In this document: one piece after another, positions 1 through 7,313 of the stretch
Numbering within the stretch: the stretch's first letter is position 1
How the letters are laid out: each line of letters begins with the position of its first letter
DNA from: Bacteroidota bacterium
GTDB taxonomy: Bacteria; Bacteroidota; Bacteroidia; Chitinophagales; Saprospiraceae
NCBI GenBank assembly: GCA_039208045.1
Contig: JBCCRH010000025.1
Coordinates: forward strand, 1-25,642
Direction: 5' to 3'
Length of the DNA: 25,642 nt
Notes under the pieces: model-generated
What the model saw: the letters and a program-made list of their open reading frames with translations, nothing else
Database searches by the model: none
Told to the model about the DNA's origin: nothing
Program-made: the position numbers and the translations under genes

Positions 1-737
1 TGAAAATGGCCAATGCAACGGTCTACATCGCTTTCCGTTCGGCAGCTTTCGTCAGCAATGACAGGTAGTACACTTTCAGCAACTACCCTTTTCATATCTT
101 CCCATCGATCAGCAGGGAGTGGTTGTTCGATAAATTCTACGCCGAGTGCTTGCAGCTGTGGTGCATAATCGATAGTTTGTTGGGCAGTCCAGGCACAATT
201 GGCATCAATACGGAAGTACGCATCGGTATGGGCGCGTAGCGCTTGTATAATAGCCAAGTCATGGTCAGTGCCCAGCTTTATTTTGTAAACCGGCCAGGGT
301 TGTTCTTTGATCTTTTTGATCATCTCCTCAATAGGGGCGATACCAATGGTGTAATTACTTAGGGGCAAATCGCCGAGGGTAAGGCCCCAGTGCTGGTAGA
401 GCGGCAAGCCCGCTTTGCGAGCCAACAAATCATGCGCCGCCTGATCGATGGCACAATGTACAAAGGGATCGTCTTTGAGGTCAGGATGGAGGTATTCCCA
501 AAAGGTAGTAGCATCGTCTAGTGGGTAGGCTTCGATTTTTTGGCGTAAGCCTTCCACTACAGTGTTCATCTGCTCCAAGGTGGTGCCGTAGTAGGGGTTA
601 GTCGTCGCTTCGCCATAGCCCGTATGCGCTCCATCTTGCAAGCTGATAATGAACGTCTGTTGGTGCGTCCGCTCATAGCGCGAAATGCGGAAGGTATGTT
701 TTAGCGGCAGCTCAAAAGTCTGGATATGGAGTTTCAT
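1..737 (-). CDS. L-Ala-D/L-Glu (dipeptide) epimerase, enolase superfamily (MR/MLE). Partial: the C-terminus runs off the window start.
   Basis: Reverse-strand translation from the ATG at 737..735 gives MKLHIQTFELPLKHTFRISRYERTHQQTF... It carries KIKLG (KxK catalytic lysines), DANCAW, IEQP and ADES metal-ligand motifs typical of Ala-Glu epimerases. It is absent from the ORF track only because the window edge truncates it. Confidence 0.7.
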   Translation of the reverse strand, partial: MKLHIQTFELPLKHTFRISRYERTHQQTFIISLQDGAHTGYGEATTNPYYGTTLEQMNTVVEGLRQKIEAYPLDDATTFWEYLHPDLKDDPFVHCAIDQAAHDLLARKAGLPLYQHWGLTLGDLPLSNYTIGIAPIEEMIKKIKEQPWPVYKIKLGTDHDLAIIQALRAHTDAYFRIDANCAWTAQQTIDYAPQLQALGVEFIEQPLPADRWEDMKRVVAESVLPVIADESCRTESDVDRCIGHF

Positions 738-1762
738 GATACAGCGGATTCGAGGAGAGTGAGGGTTTTGCGATTGGTATCCAAGCGGGCATTAATGCCA
801 ATTGGAAGGGTACACATTTGTTGGATATGACCAAATGGTAGCCCATACATCGTAGGTTTACTCAGGTCTTGGAGGCGATCTTTTAGCGTTTCTTCCAGGC
901 TTAACGATCGGTCATCTTCATCCGGTTCACAATCGTTGAAAATACCGAGGGCAAAGCCAGCTGCTTTATCCAGGCGCGCACTCTGGCGCAGTTGTGTGAG
1001 CATGCGGTCAACGCGATAGGGTTTTTCGCCTACCTCCTCTAAGAATAGGAGTTTGTCTTTTGCGTCAAGCGCAAATGGTGTGCCTTGCATGGCTGAAAGC
1101 AGGGAAAGGTTGCCACCAGCCAGCTGACCTGCAGCAGCACCACCAATATACGTTTTAGCAGCAGCCTCTACTGGTTCTTCGGATACGCCCGCCGCTGCCA
1201 ATGAGATGGTAAAAGGAGCTCGCCCTTCCACCAAGACTGCTTTAAGTTGTTCTACAGTATACGCATTAAAATCGGACGCACCTACGGGGCCGTGAAAGCA
1301 AATAAGGCCTGTTTGGGTAAAAATGGCATGGTGCAAGGCGGTAATATCACTGTAGCCAATGAATATTTTTGGGTTTTTCTTGATGAGTTTGAAATCGACC
1401 TTTGGTAGGAGCCGGGTGCAGCCGTAGCCACCACGTACGCACCAAATACCTGCCACTTGCCAATCTTCAAACATCTGGTGGAGGTCGCTCAAGCGTTGGG
1501 CGTCGGTACCTGCATTGTAGCCGCGCTCCGCTCGCACGTGCGTCCCCAGCTTCACCTGGAAGCCTAAGCTCTCAATATTGGTCACCGCTTTTTGGAGGCC
1601 TTCATCACTGATGGAACTACCGGGGGTAATCAGTCCAATGGTATCTCCCTTTTGTAAGCGCTTTGGCTTGCGGCGTTTGTGAAGAGGAGCGCTGTTGCGA
1701 AAGGCTAGGGCAGGGGCCAGCGGAAGGAGGCTGAGTTGCTGAAGTAGGCGTCGTCGTTTCAT
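734..1762 (-). CDS. Peptidase S66 family LD-carboxypeptidase (LdcA/MccF-like) with an N-terminal signal peptide.
   Basis: 342 aa with the GYSDITALH serine-nucleophile motif and the overall S66 layout. The N-terminus MKRRRLLQQLSLLPLAPALA looks like a Sec/Tat-type signal. The stop TGA (736..734) overlaps the epimerase ATG (737..735) as ATGA. Confidence 0.8.
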   Translation of the reverse strand: MKRRRLLQQLSLLPLAPALAFRNSAPLHKRRKPKRLQKGDTIGLITPGSSISDEGLQKAVTNIESLGFQVKLGTHVRAERGYNAGTDAQRLSDLHQMFEDWQVAGIWCVRGGYGCTRLLPKVDFKLIKKNPKIFIGYSDITALHHAIFTQTGLICFHGPVGASDFNAYTVEQLKAVLVEGRAPFTISLAAAGVSEEPVEAAAKTYIGGAAAGQLAGGNLSLLSAMQGTPFALDAKDKLLFLEEVGEKPYRVDRMLTQLRQSARLDKAAGFALGIFNDCEPDEDDRSLSLEETLKDRLQDLSKPTMYGLPFGHIQQMCTLPIGINARLDTNRKTLTLLESAVS

Positions 1763-1862
1763 AGGGCTTAAGATAGGGAAAAAAGGGAAAAGTAATGGAT
1801 AAGTTTAGTGTAGGAGCGTAGGAGGTGTGAAGTTTAGAGAGCTGGTAATGAGCAGGTTGCAC

Positions 1863-1905
1863 ACCTCGGAGCCCTTAAGGACTCCGAGTCCTTAAGGGCT
1901 CCGAG
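1863..1905. promoter_or_regulatory. Perfect 43-bp palindrome (21-bp arms around a single central C at 1884) in the divergent ldcA/parC intergenic region.
   Basis: The arm 1863..1883 cctcggagcccttaaggactc is the exact reverse complement of 1885..1905 gagtccttaagggctccgagg. Each arm contains the sub-palindrome CCTTAAGG. Confidence 0.6.
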
Positions 1906-1960
1906 GGCTAGCTTTGCATATTTTTGAAATTTTTTGTTTATAAATATTGCAGTTTTTGTT

Positions 1961-1968
1961 TATTTTTG
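1961..1968 (+). promoter_or_regulatory. Candidate Bacteroidota-type -7 box (TATTTTTG) for parC. A second match, TATTTTTG, lies at 1919..1926.
   Basis: Matches the TAnnTTTG consensus in an AT-rich stretch 35-80 bp upstream of the parC start. A TTTG occurs about 24 bp upstream, at 1933..1936. Confidence 0.25.
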
Positions 1969-2002
1969 GAATCCAGAAAAATAATGCAAAAGAGACAGCT
2001 AG

Positions 2003-4651
2003 ATGGGTGAACACGAAATGAACGGGACGGCAAATGGCCAAGAGCGGATCATTACGCTCAAAGGAATGTATGAGGATTACTTCTTAGATTACGCTTCTTA
2101 CGTGATACTAGAGCGGGCCGTACCAGCTATTTTAGATGGCTTAAAACCAGTGCAGCGACGCATTTTACACGCCTTACGGGAAATGGATGATGGGCGCTAT
2201 CACAAGGTTGCCAATATTATTGGGCAGACGATGCAGTTTCACCCACATGGAGATGCAGCGATCGGTGATGCGCTGGTGAATTTGGGGCAGAAAGATCTGC
2301 TGATCGATTGCCAAGGGAACTGGGGCGATGCACGAACCGGCGATAGCGCTGCTGCGCCGCGTTATATCGAAGCACGCCTGACTAAGTTTGCCCTTGAGGT
2401 AGCTTTCAATGGGCAAACTACTGAATGGCAACTCTCTTATGATGGCCGCAAGAAAGAGCCGATCAACCTGCCTATGAAGTTTCCATTGCTGCTGGCCCAA
2501 GGTGGAGAAGGCATTGCAGTAGGCTTATCTACCAAAATTCTCCCTCACAACTTCATTGAGCTAATCAAAGCTTCTATCAAGCTTTTAGAAGGTAAAAATG
2601 TGAAGCTATATCCCGATTTTGCTTCAGGAGGCTCCATTGATGTTTCAGACTACAATGGTGGAAAACGCGGCGGTAAAGTAAAAGTGCGCGCCAAGATCGA
2701 GCAAGATGGCAAAAAGGAACTGGTGATTCGAGAGTTGCCATATGGGGTAACCACTACCTCGCTTATCGATAGTATTTTAAAAGCCAACGATAAGGGGAAG
2801 ATAAAGATTAAGCGCGTTACCGATAATACGGCCCAAAACGTAGAAATTCGAGTGGAAATAGCACCCGGTATTTCTCCGGAGGTGACCATGGATGCACTTT
2901 ATGCCTTTACCAATTGTGAAGTGTCAATTTCTCCGAATGCCTGCGTCATTATCGATGAAAAGCCACACTTCCTTACGGTACAAGATTTGCTAAAGGTATC
3001 TACCGAGCACACAAAAGATTTACTACGTCAAGAGCTCGAAATACGTAAGAAAGAGCTGGAAGAAAAGCTCCACTTTGCTAGCCTAGAAAAGATATTTATC
3101 GAAAAGCGCATTTATCGGGATATTGAAGAGTGCGAAACCTGGGATGCAGTACTCGATGCAGTAGAAATTGGCTTGCGCAAATATGTAGTGACCCCTTCTG
3201 AAAAGCCCAAACCGAGCGATAAGCGACTGCGACTGCTGAGAGATATTACCGAGGACGATCTGGTGCGTTTAACAGAAATCAAGATTAAGCGGATTTCGAA
3301 GTTCAACTCTTTTAAAGCAGATGAGCAAATCGCAAAGCTAGAGGAAGAACTAAAGCAAGTAAAGCACCACCTAGCACATCTTACTGAATATGCAATTGCT
3401 TACTTCCAACGGCTATTGGATAAATATAGTAAAGGGCGCGAGCGCCGTACCGTCATCACTACCTTTGATGCTATCCAAGCCACACAGGTGGTGGCTAATA
3501 ATGCTAAATTATACGTCAATCGTAAGGAAGGGTTCATTGGCTTCGGCTTGAAAAAAGATGAATTTATAGCCGATTGCTCAGACATTGATGACATTATCGT
3601 TTTCCGGAAGGATGGAAAATTTGTGGTGACACAAATTGCAGATAAGGTATTTGTCGGAAAAGATATTACCCATGTAGATGTGTGGAAAAAAGGCGATGAA
3701 CGGACTACCTATAATGTGGCGTATGTGGATGGTAAGACGGGCCGCTCTATGGTTAAGCGTTTTCATGTGACAGCGCGCACGCGCGACCGAGAATATGATG
3801 TAACAAAAGGAACAAAAGGTTCCAAAGTGCTCTATTTTTCGGCTAACCCCAATGGGGAAGCAGAAGTCATTACGGTACAGCTAACACAAGGCTGCAAAGC
3901 CAAAAAGAAAATATTTGACTTCGATTTTGGTGAATTAGCCATTAAGGGGCGGGGCTCGCAAGGGAATATACTGACGCGCTACCCCATTCGCAAAGTCACC
4001 CTAAAAGAAGTAGGTAAATCGACCCTCGGTGCCATGAAAATCTGGATGGATGAGGTGAGCGGTAGGCTCAATACCGATGAGCGCGGAAGGTACCTAGGAG
4101 CCTTCGATACGGGAGACAAACTGCTGGCTATCTACAAAGATGGAAGCTATGAATTAACTGAGATCGACCTGAGCCTTACCAAAAAGTATGAGCCAAAAGA
4201 AATTAAGCATATTGCAAAATTCAAGCCAGAAGAGGCAATTTCTGCCGTTTACTATGAAGGCAACAAGGGCTGGACGATGATCAAACGCTTTGTAGTCGAA
4301 ACCTCAAAGCTCGACCAACGCTACAATTTCCTGACGGATCACAAAGACTCTCGCCTTTATTTTGCTAGCGTAGGCACAGACGTAGAGCTCCAATACACCC
4401 GTAGAGTAAAATCAGAGAAATTTGAAGAATCTGTCAACTTAACTGAATTTATAGATGTAAAGGGCTGGCGCGCCTTGGGTAATAAATTATGTGAGCAAAA
4501 AATCACATCTGTAAAGCCAATCAAACAAGAGCAGCCCGCCCCCAGCAAGCCAGAAAAAGCAAATCAAGATGCCTCCATAAAAACAGGCGACACCATCGAT
4601 TTTGACTTGAATGGCAACGGACAAGCTTCCCTCTTCGATAAAAAATCATGA
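2003..4651 (+). CDS. parC: DNA topoisomerase IV subunit A (ParC; GyrA paralog).
   Basis: 882 aa. The N-terminal LKPVQRRILHAL, the HPHGD motif, the catalytic Tyr in AAPRYIEARL and the LLLAQGGEGIAVGLSTKILPHN breakage-reunion core are all present. KPVQRRI plus QFHPHGD favours ParC over GyrA. The long C-terminal domain is consistent with Bacteroidota ParC. The start could instead be the in-frame ATG at 2018. Confidence 0.85.
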   Translation: MGEHEMNGTANGQERIITLKGMYEDYFLDYASYVILERAVPAILDGLKPVQRRILHALREMDDGRYHKVANIIGQTMQFHPHGDAAIGDALVNLGQKDLLIDCQGNWGDARTGDSAAAPRYIEARLTKFALEVAFNGQTTEWQLSYDGRKKEPINLPMKFPLLLAQGGEGIAVGLSTKILPHNFIELIKASIKLLEGKNVKLYPDFASGGSIDVSDYNGGKRGGKVKVRAKIEQDGKKELVIRELPYGVTTTSLIDSILKANDKGKIKIKRVTDNTAQNVEIRVEIAPGISPEVTMDALYAFTNCEVSISPNACVIIDEKPHFLTVQDLLKVSTEHTKDLLRQELEIRKKELEEKLHFASLEKIFIEKRIYRDIEECETWDAVLDAVEIGLRKYVVTPSEKPKPSDKRLRLLRDITEDDLVRLTEIKIKRISKFNSFKADEQIAKLEEELKQVKHHLAHLTEYAIAYFQRLLDKYSKGRERRTVITTFDAIQATQVVANNAKLYVNRKEGFIGFGLKKDEFIADCSDIDDIIVFRKDGKFVVTQIADKVFVGKDITHVDVWKKGDERTTYNVAYVDGKTGRSMVKRFHVTARTRDREYDVTKGTKGSKVLYFSANPNGEAEVITVQLTQGCKAKKKIFDFDFGELAIKGRGSQGNILTRYPIRKVTLKEVGKSTLGAMKIWMDEVSGRLNTDERGRYLGAFDTGDKLLAIYKDGSYELTEIDLSLTKKYEPKEIKHIAKFKPEEAISAVYYEGNKGWTMIKRFVVETSKLDQRYNFLTDHKDSRLYFASVGTDVELQYTRRVKSEKFEESVNLTEFIDVKGWRALGNKLCEQKITSVKPIKQEQPAPSKPEKANQDASIKTGDTIDFDLNGNGQASLFDKKS

Positions 4652-4679
4652 TTCTTTCAGCATAAAACCAGCCTTACAA

Positions 4680-5078
4680 ATGGCCAACAATCGCCCCGAC
4701 TATGTTCCAGATGGCTATAATACCATCAATCCCTATCTGTTAGTAGATCAACCGGAGCAAGAAATGCTCTTTTTGATGTCCATCTTCGATGCTCAAGAGC
4801 TAGATCGGATCGACAACGCACAAGGCGAAGCACTCAACATCCGTATGCAAATTGGTGATTCCCCTTTTATGATCGGTAGAGCTACGCCAGGCTATCCTGC
4901 TCGCTCTAGCATGCAATATATTTTTGTAAAAGACGTCACCAAAACCTACGAATCAGCTATCGCACTTGGTTGCCAATCAGTAATGCCTCCCACGAAGCAA
5001 AATTACGGCATGTTCGACGCCGGAATAATGGACCTACAAGGCATCGAATGGTGGATTGCCCAACCCTTAAACCCTTAA
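4680..5078 (+). CDS. VOC/glyoxalase-fold family protein (PhnB-like small enzyme).
   Basis: The ORF track starts at 4611, inside the parC 3' end. The ATG at 4680 (MANNRPDYVPDGYNTINPYLLVDQ...) lies after the parC stop and gives a 132-aa protein of typical VOC size. The last six codons (AQPLNP) are encoded by the C-rich octamer repeat. Confidence 0.55.
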   Translation: MANNRPDYVPDGYNTINPYLLVDQPEQEMLFLMSIFDAQELDRIDNAQGEALNIRMQIGDSPFMIGRATPGYPARSSMQYIFVKDVTKTYESAIALGCQSVMPPTKQNYGMFDAGIMDLQGIEWWIAQPLNP

Positions 5079-5160
5079 ACTCCATACCCCCAACCCGTCA
5101 TCCGTCACCCAAAACTCCTAAACCTCCAAACTCCCAAACCCCTAAACTAATCCAACCCCA
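5061..5160. repeat. C-rich degenerate tandem octamer array (consensus YCCYAAAC, telomere-like CCCTAAA-type). Five clean units lie at 5108..5147 and looser CCTTAAAC units at 5066..5080.
   Basis: Read directly from the sequence: cccaaaac tcctaaac ctccaaac tcccaaac ccctaaac. The array abuts the stop codon (5147..5149) of the minus-strand lipoprotein gene and overlaps the 3' end of the VOC gene. Confidence 0.7.
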
Positions 5161-6109
5161 ACTTCTCCCGAAGCGCCATATCACTCAGTGCATTATTACT
5201 CCAATAAGCCTGCTTGACCTGATGCGTCTTCTTGGCTACAGAAGTGCGTATTTGGCCATCAAAAGCAGAAGGATAGCTATCCGTCCAACCTACAATTTCG
5301 TAGGGCGCTTCCTTCTCAAAGATAATCTCCAGCGTACGCTTTAGGCTAGGGTATTCTACCGTGTAGACTTGCAAGTTTTGACCTTCAAAGGTCGATTCTG
5401 TATAGGCTGTAAGACTAAGCTGTGCCGGGAGGGGCTGAAATTTAATATGTCTCAGGCGAGCAAATACGGTGCTTGGAAGTACCTCGTGCTTGCCAGTAGG
5501 TAAACTGCTCGGGCTAATGCGAACACGATTAAATAGCTCATCTTCCAAAATGCGAATAGGAACTTTATTCACCTGATCCGCTTCATTTTCAAAGTAGGAA
5601 TGAATGGTAGAGCGGTAATTATCTTCTTCCAGATTGAGCTGCATAAAAGCATGACCACACCAGTCTTGCGCAGTAGTAGTCACCTTAAGCGTATTGGGAT
5701 AATCCGCTTTGCCCACCGGCGTAAAAACAGACGTCATAATCGAGTAATCGTAGATACCCGTAGGGAAAGTACGAATCAAATTCGTTTTTAGGATGGGTAC
5801 CGAATTGGGATTTCGGTAATTATCATTTTTAACCTGCTTGTCGGTTAGAAAATCTTCGGTCACAAAAATTAAGACCGCCTGGCCAGGGTGTACATCGCGG
5901 TAGCGATTTTGCGAAAGCTCATATCTGCTGATCTCCGCTTTGCCTTCGTACCAGTATTTATCAAGTCCTTTGGCAGGCCCAAATTCCTTACTTGCAGTAG
6001 CAGTAGCAGTAGCCTTGGGCGAAGTTGTTGTAGCGGGAGTATCAGTTGTAGTTGCTTGCTGGCAAGCCCCCAAAAAGAAAAGTGCAGCAATAATAACTAT
6101 TCGGATCAT
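5147..6109 (-). CDS. Hypothetical lipoprotein of unrecognised family, with a Thr/Ala-rich linker.
   Basis: The ORF track begins at 6154, but the signal peptide with lipobox MIRIVIIAALFFLGAC starts at the ATG at 6109..6107. A low-complexity TTTDTPATTTSPKATATATA linker follows the lipobox cysteine. I see no recognisable catalytic motifs. Confidence 0.55.
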   Translation of the reverse strand: MIRIVIIAALFFLGACQQATTTDTPATTTSPKATATATASKEFGPAKGLDKYWYEGKAEISRYELSQNRYRDVHPGQAVLIFVTEDFLTDKQVKNDNYRNPNSVPILKTNLIRTFPTGIYDYSIMTSVFTPVGKADYPNTLKVTTTAQDWCGHAFMQLNLEEDNYRSTIHSYFENEADQVNKVPIRILEDELFNRVRISPSSLPTGKHEVLPSTVFARLRHIKFQPLPAQLSLTAYTESTFEGQNLQVYTVEYPSLKRTLEIIFEKEAPYEIVGWTDSYPSAFDGQIRTSVAKKTHQVKQAYWSNNALSDMALREKLGLD

Positions 6110-6184
6110 GGAAGTGATTTTAAGTTTTTTAATGTCTATCTGCTCCAACAGCAAAAGTAGGGTAGAGGTTGGGAGAGGGGGGGC

Positions 6185-6220
6185 GGTTTTGGGGTTTTAG
6201 GGTTTGGGAGTTTTGGGGTT
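6185..6220. repeat. G-rich octamer array (ggttttgg ggttttag ggtttggg agttttgg), the inverted complement of the array at 5108..5147. It is preceded by a G7 homopolymer at 6177..6183.
   Basis: The reverse complement reads ccaaaact cccaaacc ctaaaacc ccaaaacc, the same YCCYAAAC-type unit. It lies 76-111 nt upstream of the lipoprotein ATG. Confidence 0.7.
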
Positions 6221-6298
6221 GACTATTCGGGAATAAATAGGTCGTCTTTGCGAACTAATCAGACTGTACACTGCTTAATGTGAAAATGATGCCACTAC

Positions 6299-7300
6299 AT
6301 GGGAAACACGACAAAGAAAATAATGAATCTACTGTTTGAGTATGGCCAAATTGCGCTGGGTATTATATTAGCTAGTATCGGCCTGAAGGCTTTTTTACTG
6401 CCCAATGGGTTTCTCGATGGAGGCGTTACCGGAATTGCGCTATTAGTGAATACCCAATTAGAGATGAATATCTCCGTATTATTGGTCATTTTGAGTGTGC
6501 CTTTTTTGGCGTTAGCCTATTTCACCCTTAGTAAGCGCACGCTGATCAAATCCATTATTAGCATAGTTGGACTAGCTATTTTTATCCAGTTAGAAAACTT
6601 TAGCACCATCACAGAGGATAAACTGCTGATTTCCATATTTGGAGGACTGTTTGTGGGGGCCGGTATTGGGTTGGCAGTGAAAAATGGAGCGGTACTGGAT
6701 GGTTCCGAAATATTGGGCGTTTTCCTAAATGATCGTTTTGGCATTCCCATTGGGCGAGTAATTTTGGCCTTTAACATCATCCTGTTTAGCATTACTGCAC
6801 TCTTACTATCTGTTGAAATTGCATTGTACTCTATCCTTACTTTTATCGTTACGGCTAAGGTGACAGACTTCATTATTGAAGGCTTTGAAGATTTCATCGG
6901 GGTGATGATTGTCTCTCGCCATCACGATGAGGTGCGTTGTGCTATCCTGGAAAAAATAGGAGCAGGAATGACGATCTATAAAGGAGAGGGGGGCTATGGA
7001 CAAAATGGGGTAGTACGTGATTTTAAAATCATCCACACTATCATTAATCGCATCGAAATTCGGAAGGTATATCGCCTGATCGATGAGATCGATCCAGATG
7101 CTTTTATCGTAGAATATGACATCAATAATATCAAGGGAGGGGTGCTGCGTCGCTACCTTAGCCGGAGTTCTTTCAATACGCTAAAAGCGGTTCCTGAAGT
7201 TCAAAATTCGATGATTATGCCTGGGGCAACAGCCTCCAAAGAGAAAGCCGGAACACCCAATGATATTCCGGCTCTGGTTAGCCTTTCGGGAAAGGCCTGA
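6299..7300 (+). CDS. YitT-family membrane protein (YitT_membrane/DUF161 plus C-terminal DUF2179 domain).
   Basis: LASIGLKAFLLPNGFLDGGVTGIALLV is the characteristic YitT N-terminal motif. Multiple TM helices are followed by a soluble DUF2179-like domain (GEGGYGQNG...IVEYDINNIKGG) and then a roughly 50-aa C-terminal tail. The start could be the in-frame ATG at 6326. Confidence 0.75.
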   Translation: MGNTTKKIMNLLFEYGQIALGIILASIGLKAFLLPNGFLDGGVTGIALLVNTQLEMNISVLLVILSVPFLALAYFTLSKRTLIKSIISIVGLAIFIQLENFSTITEDKLLISIFGGLFVGAGIGLAVKNGAVLDGSEILGVFLNDRFGIPIGRVILAFNIILFSITALLLSVEIALYSILTFIVTAKVTDFIIEGFEDFIGVMIVSRHHDEVRCAILEKIGAGMTIYKGEGGYGQNGVVRDFKIIHTIINRIEIRKVYRLIDEIDPDAFIVEYDINNIKGGVLRRYLSRSSFNTLKAVPEVQNSMIMPGATASKEKAGTPNDIPALVSLSGKA

Positions 7301-7313
7301 GAAAGCTTAGTCT

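Noticed and set aside
4611-4679. Upstream extension of the VOC-fold ORF to the ATG at 4611, overlapping the parC 3' end.
   Set aside because: The extension (MATDKLPSSIKNHDSFSIKPALQ) lies inside parC and adds no domain. The ATG at 4680, after the parC stop, gives a protein of normal VOC size.
4970-5344. 124-aa Pro-rich ORF running through the C-rich octamer array.
   Set aside because: It is an artefact of CCC/CCA-rich repeat DNA translated in frame, and it overlaps two better-supported genes.
6110-6154. ORF-track start at 6154 (MLLEQIDIKKLKITS...) for the lipoprotein.
   Set aside because: That start would put 15 polar residues before the signal-peptide h-region. The Met at 6109 gives a canonical lipoprotein signal, MIRIVIIAALFFLGAC.
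5061-6220. Reading the CCCTAAA-like repeats as a genuine telomere or linear-replicon end.
   Set aside because: The arrays are short (5-8 units), internal and flanked by ordinary genes on both sides, and they occur as an inverted pair around one gene. Nothing suggests a chromosome end.
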